A DNA stretch of 64,000 bases from Desulfatiglandales bacterium (GTDB lineage: Bacteria; Desulfobacterota; DSM-4660; Desulfatiglandales; Desulfatiglandaceae), in the NCBI GenBank assembly GCA_963662465.1, contig OY759599.1, positions 6,720,001 to 6,784,000 on the forward strand. Direction: 5' to 3'. The position numbers and the translations under genes were made by a program. The notes under the pieces were generated by a model. That model had not been told where the DNA came from. It saw nothing but the letters and a program-made list of their open reading frames with translations, and made no database searches. Below are positions 11,347 to 21,186 of this stretch, piece by piece. Positions within the stretch are counted from its first letter, which is position 1, and every line of letters starts with the position of its first letter.

Positions 11347-11562
11347 GGATGTTTTTTGAGAGAGTCAGTGTTCAGCGCCTTTGGTTGTCGGAAGGGCTTA
11401 AAAGGGGCCTTAAAAAAGCGAATAACGAATATCGAACGCTGAATGTCGAAGGAAAATATTCTACTGAGCGGTACTAATCCTAAAAAAAGCTATAACGCAG
11501 CGATTCCATCCTTCGTAATTCTGCGGTTCAATATTCGTAATTCTGCGGTTCTCTTTTCAACC

Positions 11563-12681
11563 TTAAGATCTTTCTGTGGCAACGCTTCCGACGCTTTTCC
11601 ATCCTGCCGAATGCAGTTTTCTGTTCCCCTTTTCCACCACCAGGCACTCACATTTCGGTAAGGCATTCACAAATCGAATGCCGCGTTCCGGCTGCATCAC
11701 AAACACACTGGTGGACAGGGCGTCTGCATCCATGGCTGTTTTCGCTAAAACAGATACACTGGTGCTGGCATTGGGAGAAAATCCGGAGCGTGGATTCACA
11801 ATGTGGTGGAACATCTTTTCCCGGTCGAAATAGACTTCATAATTTCCGGATGTCGCAATGGCGCCGTCCATCATATGGATTTTATCCGGATACTGTTGAT
11901 TTTTAAAGGGATCCTGTACCGCAACGGTCCAAGGCTTGCCATTCTGTTTGCGCCCCATGGTCCGGATGTCCCCCCCCGCATTGATCAGGTAGTTTTCGAT
12001 GTGATGTTTGGAAAGGACATTGGATGCCATATCCACAATATATCCCTTTGCAATGCCGTCCAGTGTAATGCCCATGCCCGGTTTCTTAAAGACAATGGCG
12101 TTTCCCGTCAATTGAATATTGGATGCATCCACCAAAAGAAGGGCTTCTCGCATTTCTCTTTGCGTGGGAGGCGTGGGGTTTTTCTCAGAAAATTTATCCT
12201 TAAACAGGTCTACCACCGGTTTGACCGAAATGTCAAAGGCGCCGTTGCTGATGTTGTAATACGACAGAGACTGCCTTACAACCCTTAGGGTGTCGGGGGG
12301 GACGTCTTTTAATCGTCCTTCTCGGTTGAGTTGGGCAACGGCTGTGGTCCGATTGAAGCGGTTCATGTCCTGGCTTAATCGGTCGATTTCTTCAAAGGCC
12401 GCGCCAATGGCTTTCTCTGCTTGATCCCGTGATGTATGCAAAAGCGTCATGGACACAAAAGTCCCCATGGCCATCCTGGTTTCGGAAACCTTATATAATT
12501 TGCGATCAAATTTAACGGCTTCAGCCGAAGCGGGAATTGCCGCGGCTGTGGCGAGGCCGACGCCGAGGATTCCGGATAGCTTCAAAAAGTCCCTTCGATC
12601 AATGCCGTATGATGTTGGTTGTGCGCCTTTTTCCATTATTGTTTCCTCCATTTTCTTGCCGCCAATGGTATTGTCGATCAA
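11563..12681 (-). CDS. apbE: FAD:protein FMN transferase (ApbE family) with Tat signal
   Basis: DRRDFLK twin-arginine; GIAKGY, NAGGDI, ATSGNYE, ADALST; start uncertain. Confidence 0.88.
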   Translation of the reverse strand: MIDNTIGGKKMEETIMEKGAQPTSYGIDRRDFLKLSGILGVGLATAAAIPASAEAVKFDRKLYKVSETRMAMGTFVSMTLLHTSRDQAEKAIGAAFEEIDRLSQDMNRFNRTTAVAQLNREGRLKDVPPDTLRVVRQSLSYYNISNGAFDISVKPVVDLFKDKFSEKNPTPPTQREMREALLLVDASNIQLTGNAIVFKKPGMGITLDGIAKGYIVDMASNVLSKHHIENYLINAGGDIRTMGRKQNGKPWTVAVQDPFKNQQYPDKIHMMDGAIATSGNYEVYFDREKMFHHIVNPRSGFSPNASTSVSVLAKTAMDADALSTSVFVMQPERGIRFVNALPKCECLVVEKGNRKLHSAGWKSVGSVATERS

Positions 12682-13619
12682 GTGTGATCCCTTTGTAGAT
12701 TCAGCATTTCTGTAGTCCGGGAAATATCCCGCTTTATTTGCTCAACCAAATCTTCAAGGGATTCAAAGGTTTTTTCATCTCTCAGCCGCTCGATAAACTT
12801 AACTCGGATCTGTCTTCCCAACAGGTCTTCCTGGAAATTAAGGATGTGGGTCTCAACTGAAAAAACCCCATCCCCAAAAGTCGGATTGTAACCGATGTTG
12901 GTCAGGCCGTCATATGTCCGATCCTCAACAAGGGCCTTTACCATATAAACGCCCCTTTTGGGAACCAATTCGTCAATTAATGCAAGATTTGCCGTGGGAA
13001 ATCCTAGAAGCCTGCCACCCCTGTTCTTACCTTTCACTACCGTTCCCCCAACCTGATAATCGCGTCCCAGGAGTTGTTTGGCCTCGTGGAGTTTTCCTTC
13101 CTGGATCAGGTTGCGGATGGATGTGCTTGAAACAAGGATGTTTTCAACATAGACCGGTGGCACCACATGAACCCGGAAATCGAACTCTTTTCCCATGCTC
13201 TGAAGAAGCTCAATGCCCCCTTCACGTCCTGAACCGAAGGTGTAATCGTAGCCGACCACAATTTCTTTAATTCCGATTTTGTTGACCAGTACGTTTTGCA
13301 CAAAATCACGGGCCGAGATTGAAGCAAACTGCCGGGTGAAGGGAATGCAGAAAATGATATCAATATTGGCGTCCGCGATCAATTCCAGCTTTTGTTGGGT
13401 CAGTGTAATGAGAGGAGGACCATTGCCTGGTTTCATGACCTTAATGGGATGGGGGTCAAAGGTTATTAACGCGGACTGGCCGTTAATGGCTGCGGCCCTT
13501 TGTTTTACCAGGTCGAAGAGGCTCAAATGCCCTTTGTGGACACCGTCAAAATTCCCAATGGTCAGTACTGGATTGCGAAGCGTTTGGTTAAACTGTTCCA
13601 AATTTGAGATAACAGACAT
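12678..13619 (-). CDS. ribF: Bifunctional riboflavin kinase/FAD synthetase
   Basis: IGNFDGVHKGH, VSSTSIR, LGFPTAN, NIGYNPTF, VETHI. Confidence 0.95.
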   Translation of the reverse strand: MSVISNLEQFNQTLRNPVLTIGNFDGVHKGHLSLFDLVKQRAAAINGQSALITFDPHPIKVMKPGNGPPLITLTQQKLELIADANIDIIFCIPFTRQFASISARDFVQNVLVNKIGIKEIVVGYDYTFGSGREGGIELLQSMGKEFDFRVHVVPPVYVENILVSSTSIRNLIQEGKLHEAKQLLGRDYQVGGTVVKGKNRGGRLLGFPTANLALIDELVPKRGVYMVKALVEDRTYDGLTNIGYNPTFGDGVFSVETHILNFQEDLLGRQIRVKFIERLRDEKTFESLEDLVEQIKRDISRTTEMLNLQRDHT

Positions 13620-13711
13620 TGCTGATTTAATACTCTCCAGAAAATGGCGGGCGCTCATGAAAAAAAGCGCACGCCCCCTGTACTCAGGGAATGATTTTCC
13701 AATAAAATAGG

Positions 13712-13740
13712 TTGACAAATATAACCCAAAAGTATACTTT
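13712..13740 (+). promoter_or_regulatory. Sigma70-type promoter for tRNA-Leu
   Basis: TTGACA at 13712 and TATACT/TACTTT at 13733-13740, about 30 nt upstream of the tRNA. Confidence 0.55.
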
Positions 13741-13770
13741 CTTCATCACGAAATATCAACTTCTTTTCGA

Positions 13771-13857
13771 GCCGAAGTGGCGGAACTGGTAGACGCGCTA
13801 GGTTCAGGGTCTAGTGAGCGAATGCTTGTGCGAGTTCGAGTCTCGCCTTCGGCACCA
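13771..13857 (+). tRNA. tRNA-Leu(CAG)
   Basis: GCCGAAG acceptor stem, GGTAGAC D-loop, anticodon loop TTCAGGG, long variable arm, GTTCGAGTC, 3' CCA. Confidence 0.97.
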
Positions 13858-13866
13858 AACAAAAAC

Positions 13867-13902
13867 AGGGACTTAGGCCAACTGGTTTGAGTCCCTTTTT
13901 TT
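13867..13902 (+). terminator. Intrinsic terminator after tRNA-Leu
   Basis: AGGGACTTAGGCC...GGTTTGAGTCCCT stem followed by a T run. Confidence 0.75.
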
Positions 13903-13996
13903 ATTAGTTCGTGTTCAGGGTAACATTTCGGAAAAACACCTCAAGGTTTTTAACAGTCTGGTGAGTATCGTCCATATCAACTGTGTTGGTGCCCCT

Positions 13997-14269
13997 ATGA
14001 AAATTGTTAGCGTAAACCAGTTTCGCTCAAAGATGAAGAACTTTGTTGAACAGGCGGCCAGTGCGCACGTGCCACTTAAAGTAACTCGCCGTAGTGGGGG
14101 CGATTTTATTGTAATGAGTGCGGAAGATTGGGAGCGTGATCAGGAAACCCTTTATATTCTCCAAAATTCCAGCCTGATGAAGCAAATTTCCGAATCTGCT
14201 TGCACGCATGTAGAGCGTTCCGGTTACACACCAACGGATGGAGAAATAAATGAGATCCTTGGTGTTTGA
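13997..14269 (+). CDS. Phd/YefM-family antitoxin
   Basis: MKIVSVNQFRSKMK..V..A...HVPLKVTRR..DFIVMSAEDWE..QETLYIL. Confidence 0.85.
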   Translation: MKIVSVNQFRSKMKNFVEQAASAHVPLKVTRRSGGDFIVMSAEDWERDQETLYILQNSSLMKQISESACTHVERSGYTPTDGEINEILGV

Positions 14270-14271
14270 AG
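14250..14271 (+). pseudogene. Truncated start of a Txe/YoeB-type toxin
   Basis: ATG overlapping the antitoxin 3' end reads MRSLVFE, then the sequence switches abruptly to group II intron sequence. Confidence 0.55.
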
Positions 14272-14663
14272 AGTTGATCCAATGGATGACTTAGGTGCGC
14301 CCTCTACGCCGGTGGTACAACAGTTCCGTGCAGGCAGTTGACAGACCTGCAACCTGACCATATCCGCTGACACTGGGCAGCGGCATAAGACCTATTAATC
14401 TTCGTAGGTCCTTCGCTTGTGATCGACGCTTAAAGACATTCAGATACCTTCACCATATCATCCGACCCTGGCCCTTAACCGGGGAGGATTCCCGGAGGGG
14501 TTTTCCTGTCACCATTCAAACCCAATTCGGTACGTTGTCCGCAGGGCTTCACACCCCGTCATCAGCGCAACGGCAGCATGCCTGCGTAGGGTCCGGTAGG
14601 AACATACCGGGTACTACATGTAACTACATGAATACACTCAAACTATGCGACTTCGTGTCGCAA
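14272..14663 (-). mobile_element. 5' fragment (domain I) of a CL-type group II intron inserted in attC R'
   Basis: Begins TTGCGACACGAAGTCG; near-identical to 31940-32326. Confidence 0.8.
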
Positions 14664-14666
14664 TAT

Positions 14667-14744
14667 AACGACAAGCTCACCAGCGCCTCCTCCGGCCCCC
14701 GCTGGGACCGCCGAAGTATCAGGCGTCTGGTGGAGCGTTTGGTT
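14667..14744 (-). repeat. attC site (host family)
   Basis: AAC-GACAAGCTCACCAGCGCCT...AGGCGTCTGGTGGAGCGTTTG-GTT imperfect palindrome with extrahelical bases. Confidence 0.88.
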
Positions 14745-15102
14745 CGCAGCAATAATTCTATCTGCTGCTAAATTCCTTACGAAGCGACCGCACAACCTTG
14801 TAGTTGGCTGACGCATGGCTATATTGACTCGCTTTGTGTCAGTGGCCTTAAATTTGAACAATTCCTATTTTGAAATTAAAAACGGCGTTATAGGGTCGAA
14901 AATGAGCCCTTTTCAAACACAAAAGTTTTTAGTTCTAGCCAGTTAGCGTAGGTGAACCAGATTCAGCCGATTCAAATTGGGAATCTGAAACGAATCTCTA
15001 TTTTATTTTTCTTTGGTCAAGGTGGTGTCCCACCTTATATTATCGGTAGGCAATTCGGTGCTTATGTTCATTTCCTTCCCACTGTTAAGGTTTTCTCCAT
15101 CA

Positions 15103-17108
15103 CGCATAAGTCTAAATGTTGTGGGGTTTACTCTAACATATTGAAATTATTTCATCTGTTAAACGGTTCCGAATCAATATCCTAATCAAAGCGCATTTCG
15201 TGAGGCCAAACATTTTTTCCTGAATTCGCCTTAGCGGAAAAAAGTTAGGGACTTTTTTTGATAAGTGTGCATAATCATAGTGCAACAGTCTATGTTAAAT
15301 TAGAGAGGTTGCACATGATTAATAATATTAAGAGAGCTTTGACAATGTTGGACAAAGCTCAAAACAGACTTGCAAGACAATGTTATTACGATCCAAAACA
15401 GTATCCTGAGATTTTCTTTGAAATTGAGAAATGCATTAATGCCATCAGATCATGGATCAATGAAAGGGAGATGTTTCAATCATTGCAATATTTTTATGTA
15501 ACATTGTCTGCTCTTATTGATGAACTTGGTAGGTTAATAAGTCAATTATGGGATATTTGTAAGCCAATAAAAGGGAAAAAAAGCATTCCAAAAACACAAC
15601 GGGATCGACAGAAAATTAGAATCTTTTATTCAATTCGTTCAATGATAAGTAATATTACTAAAAAATTGAATAATGTAAAAAGTCGTGATAGTACAATCAG
15701 TATTGCATTTGAGATAGGGATGTTAAAATCTTTTGATAAATCCATAATCGAAAATGTAAAAAAGAAAATGGAAGACCTTGTTTCTAAACGAGGAAATCAA
15801 ACATATATCTTTCCTTATAATAACACCGAAAGCTATCATGCTCTCGTAAAAGATAGTAAGAAGTTTCGCATTGAAGTATTAGATAAACTCGATAAATATG
15901 ATCACCACACAGGCCATAATTCAACATGTTCTGGACCTAAAGAATATGTTTTATCTGGTTTCCACGGGAATCCTCGAAAAACAATAATGAATGGAGGAGA
16001 ACAACAGACATTCCCAATCCGCATGATACAATGCCGGAAGTGCAAACAAAAGTTCTCTCTTGTTCCCAGCTTTCTCCCAAGGGAAAAGAATTTTGGTATA
16101 GAGATTATTGGGCACGTATTTCGGAATATGTACCGTTTTAATGCGAGCATTCAAGGAGCCATCGAAAGCCTTAAAATTATTGGCAAAAAAAGTGTCAAAA
16201 GCAAACAAACCATCTTGAACTGGAATCGATGGGCAGGAACACTTCATCCTGCAACAATACTAACAAGAGCAGGAGTGAAAGGCTCAGGATATCTACAGGA
16301 AGATGAGGGCTTTGAAAAAGAACCAAATTTAAGAACTTATTCTGTAGTTATGGTCGATCCTGAAAATTTATTAGTATGGCACTCCGATTATGTTGATCAT
16401 GTTGATGAAGAAAACCTGTGCGGTTCATTTGAGGATTTTTTGCAAAAAATCGACTTCAAAATCCTTGGTGTAACAAAAGATAAGTGGAAAGCCTCAACCA
16501 ATGCTATCAAGACCGTATTCCATAACATTTGGGTCGGATATTGCCATCGTCATTGTTTGAAAAACTTCTACGATGCACTATCAAAATATCAAAAAGAATC
16601 AAAATGTACCGACCAAGAAGTGGACAAGTTTTATAAAAAATTTAAGAAAGTTTTGAAAACATCCACATCTAAAGTTAACTTGGAAGTAAAGATTAAGGCA
16701 TTAGATGACGATGCATTTTCTCATCCATTACTAAAAAAGAGGGTAGTAGAATTAAAAGAAAATGCCACTCATTATACCTCTCATAAAAATAGAAATGGGA
16801 TAAAACAAACAACCTCCATTGTTGACAATTATTTAAAAGGAATCAAACGTAAACTAAAACAAATTGAGAGTTTTCGAGATAAGAAATGGGCAAGTCTTTT
16901 CTTTCGAGCACATGCGACTATCAGGAATTTTGTCCCATTTTTACCTGGCGCAAAAAATGCTCATAAAAGTCCCTTTGAATTAGCCAACGGCCAAACATTT
17001 GACTTACCTTGGATTCAAGTTATGAATGTTCATAATGCATTCTTGTTTACCGAAAACGCCTTTTAATTTTGATGGGTTATACAACCCCACAACATTTAGA
17101 CTTATGCG
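15103..17108 (+). mobile_element. Insertion sequence, 26-bp perfect IRs, 8-bp TSD CTCCATCA
   Basis: CGCATAAGTCTAAATGTTGTGGGGTT at both ends (inverted); the empty site is present near 41880. Confidence 0.92.
15258..17066 (+). CDS. DDE transposase, Mutator/IS256-like (family uncertain)
   Basis: CRKC zinc ribbon, QEDEGF, TKDKW, CHRH (CxxH); lies between the IRs; start uncertain. Confidence 0.7.
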   Translation: MISVHNHSATVYVKLERLHMINNIKRALTMLDKAQNRLARQCYYDPKQYPEIFFEIEKCINAIRSWINEREMFQSLQYFYVTLSALIDELGRLISQLWDICKPIKGKKSIPKTQRDRQKIRIFYSIRSMISNITKKLNNVKSRDSTISIAFEIGMLKSFDKSIIENVKKKMEDLVSKRGNQTYIFPYNNTESYHALVKDSKKFRIEVLDKLDKYDHHTGHNSTCSGPKEYVLSGFHGNPRKTIMNGGEQQTFPIRMIQCRKCKQKFSLVPSFLPREKNFGIEIIGHVFRNMYRFNASIQGAIESLKIIGKKSVKSKQTILNWNRWAGTLHPATILTRAGVKGSGYLQEDEGFEKEPNLRTYSVVMVDPENLLVWHSDYVDHVDEENLCGSFEDFLQKIDFKILGVTKDKWKASTNAIKTVFHNIWVGYCHRHCLKNFYDALSKYQKESKCTDQEVDKFYKKFKKVLKTSTSKVNLEVKIKALDDDAFSHPLLKKRVVELKENATHYTSHKNRNGIKQTTSIVDNYLKGIKRKLKQIESFRDKKWASLFFRAHATIRNFVPFLPGAKNAHKSPFELANGQTFDLPWIQVMNVHNAFLFTENAF

Positions 17109-17654
17109 CTCCATCACTTCGAATAAAACCAGCACGTGTATTGAACTTAATTTCAGCTATCTCGGCCCCTTTTAAGGTCCCTCGAATCATTTCATAGGTC
17201 TCGACCGGGTAATTCCCGTTTTGTAAACTGCCCATAACGAGGTCCCCTTCCTGAGTTATAGCTATGGTTCCATTAAAAGTCTTTCCGCAAGAACTCTTTG
17301 TAACAGCGTGCCACATACCGGATAGGTTATAGACTAATGCTCCATTTGGAAGTTTAACCGTATTCGGCATATCAGCATTTAGTCTTACTCCATCCCGCAT
17401 GGCGGAATTGCAGGCAACACCACATAATAAGATGAAGAAACCCATGACAAACCATTTTTTCATTTTAGACATGCTCCTTTCAGCTAAGACTGGGATCGAA
17501 AAACAATTCTACCATTCAAAATATCTCATTAGAATTTTATTGACAAAAATATTGTAAGAGAGAGCGGGGAAAGGTAGATCACCCCCCGCCGCCGCCTCTC
17601 TTTTTAAAACCGGAAAACTCTTCAACAAGGTCACTTCAGAACCGCAAATTAAAA

Positions 17655-18227
17655 TCACTTTCCAGGCAGGCTATAGGTTGCCGTAACCTCCACAAGAGCA
17701 TCACCTTTGCTTTCTCCGGCGAAGGGTTTGAGCATCCTGACCTTAAAGGTATTCTTTCCCTGAATGCCTTTGAACCGGCCCGTTCCGCAAATATATTTCC
17801 CCGTCCCATGTCCGGCTGGAAGTTTGCCTTCTTTGAGCTTTGTCATAACCCCTTCTACTTTTACCAGAGCCGTAGATCCATCTTTAAAGATAAGCTGGGA
17901 ATATCCCTGAAAGGTTCCCAGTCCCCGAACTATATCAAAGGTACATCTCAGAAGTTGCTTGGCTTTCTCGCCGTCTTCATATTCCACATCGCCTTGGCGC
18001 TCATAAAAACCGATGACCCGGCCCGGTGAATCCGGTATGGGTATGGCCTGCATCTTGGTAATCCAGTTATTGACCTTGAAATTACGGGTTACTTCGCCAG
18101 CCTGCACGACGGATGTCAACACACACAGTGAAATGACGAGGGTCATGAAGCACAGTGCCCATGGATTCAGAATTCCCCTGCCGCTGTTTCTACCTGTAAT
18201 GTTCATGCTAGTTTCTCCTTTTCCCAT
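17655..18227 (-). CDS. Secreted hypothetical protein (cassette)
   Basis: Signal peptide ...SVVQA; G.G.Y..GTGRFKGI.G motif; identical to 42426-42998. Confidence 0.7.
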   Translation of the reverse strand: MGKGETSMNITGRNSGRGILNPWALCFMTLVISLCVLTSVVQAGEVTRNFKVNNWITKMQAIPIPDSPGRVIGFYERQGDVEYEDGEKAKQLLRCTFDIVRGLGTFQGYSQLIFKDGSTALVKVEGVMTKLKEGKLPAGHGTGKYICGTGRFKGIQGKNTFKVRMLKPFAGESKGDALVEVTATYSLPGK

Positions 18228-18408
18228 TTTTCAATTGTGGTTTAACATTTTCTGAGCCGCATGATCGAATTTCCTTTTTCATCACCTCCCTTTTCCTATG
18301 AATTCTCAAAAATCTGCGAAAATATTACCCATGGCGCAGTCTTGTTGACGGGTCTGACCGTCAACATTTTTTGGTTTCGCGAAAATGCTACTATCACCGC
18401 GAACGTTT

Positions 18409-18487
18409 AACGACAAGCTCACCAGCGCCTCCCACCGGCCCCCGCCAGGACCGCCCAAGTATCAGGCGTCTGGTGCAGCGTTTGGTT
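18409..18487 (-). repeat. attC site (host family)
   Basis: Same repeat family; R'' GCACAAC matches R' GTTGTGC at 20374-20380. Confidence 0.88.
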
Positions 18488-18707
18488 GTGCTGCGGCCAG
18501 TTTCCCTAGATGCACTGTAGATAGTGAGTTCGAAAAAGCTATAAACATTGTATTTTCTTTGGCTTGGCGTATTAAAACAGTTTTCCACGCTACCAATTGG
18601 GACAACCCACAAAAATCATTTTTTGGATGGACTTGGCATTTCACCAAGCCCATCCTTGTCAAATTGACGTCTATCTGCCTATTAAAGCGGGAGAAACTGC
18701 GTTGCAG

Positions 18708-20036
18708 CTACTCAACAATTGCCGCATTTACAGCGTTATTTACCTTATAACCCCATGGTAAACCTGCTCGTGGAATCTGCGACATGAACATTACCACTGT
18801 CTCATCGACGGGATCATTGAACCAAAGCGTACTCCAAAAACCTCGCCAGCCATAAGCACCTTTACCGCCGTAGCAATCGTTAAGGGCATTCATCTTTTCG
18901 TTTTTCTGTATATCCACACAATATCCCCATCGATTGTTTGTAAAATAATTTCGGAATTCATGACCCTCTGGCACTTGAATAGTAGTCATAAGTTTGACTG
19001 CTTGTCGGCTCAAAATGCGCACCCCGTCCAGTTCCCCCATATTCAACAACATTTGGGAGAATCTGTAGAAACCATAGGTGGTGCCATGCAAACCGCCTCC
19101 TGCTGCAAAGTAGGCCTTGTTTTTACCAAATGTGTAAAGCGATCCCAAAGCTACCGGTCCCATGGACCATTCTTTTGTTGCTTTCACAAGCGTACCAGGT
19201 TTGAGAAAAATAGCTGGAATTCTCGGAAAAACATTTTCTGGAGGATAAAACCAGAAATCTTTTATCTTCAATGGGGTAAAAATGTTCATTTCCATGTATT
19301 GATCAAGGGGTTTCCCGGAAAGTATTTCAACCAGATAGCCCATAACATCTGCGGCACCCTGGCTATATCCCCATCCTTCTCCCGGCTGAAAGACAAGGGG
19401 GCATTTGGCGAGAGCTTTAACATTCTTCTCCAGATTCTTAGTATAGGTCTCGCTTAACATATCCTGAACGCCTTCTTTGACAAAGCATTTTCCTACGTAG
19501 GCATGAAGGGGGCTCATGCGCATCAGCATGGTCGCTGAAATACCGCTTGTAAAGCTCAATAAATCCTGAATCCGAATTTCACGCTTTGCGGGCACCAGTT
19601 TGATCTCGCCTTCCGCATCCATCTCTGCCACTTTCATACTTTTGAATTCGGGAACATATTTTGAGACCGGATCTTTGAGCTGAAACATTCCCTGATCCCA
19701 CAATTGCATCAAGGCGACTGCTGTAATGGTTTTGGTCATAGAAGCCAATCGGAATATGGCATCCGTTTCCATGGATTTTCCTTCTTCTGCTTCACCAAAG
19801 GGTTTGAAGTAACAAATTTTGCCATGTCGGGCTACCAAAACCACTGCTCCTTTAAAAAACTTCTGCTCAAGTCCTTTTTTGACCACCTTGTCTACATTTT
19901 CGAGCATTGCACTTGATATGCCCACAGTTTCAGGGGTTACAACCTTTATCTCCTGAGCGAATGCTATTGTGGTTGAAATCAGCAGACTAAGTAAAAATAC
20001 AACTATTATTCGGGTCATTTCTTTGAGTCGTTTCAT
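18708..20036 (-). CDS. Secreted serine hydrolase (class C beta-lactamase/esterase family)
   Basis: Signal peptide, FRLASMTK (SxxK), LLSFTSG, PGEGWGYS, GGGL. Confidence 0.88.
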   Translation of the reverse strand: MKRLKEMTRIIVVFLLSLLISTTIAFAQEIKVVTPETVGISSAMLENVDKVVKKGLEQKFFKGAVVLVARHGKICYFKPFGEAEEGKSMETDAIFRLASMTKTITAVALMQLWDQGMFQLKDPVSKYVPEFKSMKVAEMDAEGEIKLVPAKREIRIQDLLSFTSGISATMLMRMSPLHAYVGKCFVKEGVQDMLSETYTKNLEKNVKALAKCPLVFQPGEGWGYSQGAADVMGYLVEILSGKPLDQYMEMNIFTPLKIKDFWFYPPENVFPRIPAIFLKPGTLVKATKEWSMGPVALGSLYTFGKNKAYFAAGGGLHGTTYGFYRFSQMLLNMGELDGVRILSRQAVKLMTTIQVPEGHEFRNYFTNNRWGYCVDIQKNEKMNALNDCYGGKGAYGWRGFWSTLWFNDPVDETVVMFMSQIPRAGLPWGYKVNNAVNAAIVE

Positions 20037-20377
20037 ACAAATTCTCCTTAATGATTTCTTTTAGGTTTTCTTAAGGTTGGACCTGTCCCGTTTCATGTAT
20101 ATGGGCACAGTTACCATGATAGTGGAGATGTTTAGAAAATATTTTATTCCATTGTCACCTCCTTTCCATTTCAAATTCGTACAGAAATAGAACAAAGATG
20201 CAACCTCATTTTTGTTTACGAAAAAAGCTGTAGAAATTAACAAAAGTAGAGGTGATCCCTATGCCCCCCTAATGAAACAACCCACAATCTTGGGGTTGAC
20301 ATATGCTGAACTGTCGTTCATTACATCTGTTCTCCATACGCCGTTTTGCTGCCTTACTTCTTTTTCGGAGGGGGCAC

Positions 20378-20455
20378 AACGACAAGCTCAGCGGCCCCTC
20401 CACCGGCCCCCGCCGGAACCGCCAGACTTCCAGGGGTCCGCTGAAGCGCCTGGTT
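20378..20455 (-). repeat. attC site (host family, subtype B)
   Basis: GCTCAGCGGCCCCT...AGGGGTCCGCTGAAGC, with compensatory changes relative to subtype A. Confidence 0.88.
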
Positions 20456-20480
20456 CGCCAACCCCGGTTTTCTTAAAAGT

Positions 20481-20693
20481 TCAGCCAGTTGCAGCAATTT
20501 TTTCAGACTGTTCATCTAAAGCTCTGAGCGTTTCTTGGATAGCTATTACTTCCGTCTCATCAAAATAGGTCTCACCGCATTGGCTGCATACCCAAGCAGG
20601 AATTCTATCCATAGTGAGATGGTATCCCTTCCGATCAACATGAAAAGGAGCAATGCCTTTTTCCATCTTTCCTTGACAGTAAATGCAGTTCAT
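20481..20693 (-). CDS. YgiT/MqsA-type zinc-finger protein
   Basis: MNCIYCQG...IPAWVCSQCGETYF. Confidence 0.8.
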   Translation of the reverse strand: MNCIYCQGKMEKGIAPFHVDRKGYHLTMDRIPAWVCSQCGETYFDETEVIAIQETLRALDEQSEKIAATG

Positions 20694-21019
20694 GATCGTT
20701 TCCTCTTTTTGAAATCTGATTCCCATTCGCGGGGATTGGGAATATACGCTGTAATGATGGCCAGGTAATCAGTTTTAGGCGAGCAAACGATGTGTATTGA
20801 GCGACCGTCTACACCCTGCCCCAAAATCAGGCAGCTATGCCCTCGCGAATCCCCCGGATAATCCTCAACCAATTCACCTTGCTCCACTGCCTTTCTAACA
20901 TCAAGGGGACTTATCATTCTGTCCGGTCTGGACATCTGCCGCACAGCATGCGGGAGGTAAATGATCCTCTTCCCCGCACTCTCTCGGGCTGACTTTATGG
21001 TATCAGAAACTTCATTCAT
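20690..21019 (-). CDS. DUF4258 protein (putative toxin)
   Basis: HAVRQM, EDYPGDSRGHSCLILG, IHIVC, IITAYIP; coupled to the zinc-finger gene. Confidence 0.8.
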   Translation of the reverse strand: MNEVSDTIKSARESAGKRIIYLPHAVRQMSRPDRMISPLDVRKAVEQGELVEDYPGDSRGHSCLILGQGVDGRSIHIVCSPKTDYLAIITAYIPNPREWESDFKKRKRS

Positions 21020-21186
21020 AACAGACTCTCAAGAAATTAGTGGCGCGAGATAAAATCTGGATCCAGTTTTCCAATTTTGATATTAAATTGGGCATCCCAA
21101 TCCTTCTGAGTATAGACTTAAACGTATGCCATTGGGCGATAATGAAGGATGAAAGGATGCAATAATGTCAGCACGCACCATGCTTC

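Larger units (their letters stand above)
15003..17472 (-). pseudogene. Lipoprotein cassette gene interrupted by an IS
   Basis: Same gene as intact 41758-42243, split by the 15103-17108 element. Confidence 0.85.

Noticed and set aside
13771..13990. tRNA-Leu as the attachment site of an integrative island or prophage
   Set aside because: No adjacent tyrosine integrase, no duplicated tRNA 3' end and no phage genes seen in the window.
14643..14861. Short ORFs crossing attC sites (e.g. ANQTLHQTPD..., NDKLTSAS...)
   Set aside because: They are translations of the repeat itself.
18708..20036. Calling this an antibiotic-resistance beta-lactamase
   Set aside because: The motifs fit the broad esterase/serine-hydrolase family, and substrate cannot be inferred.
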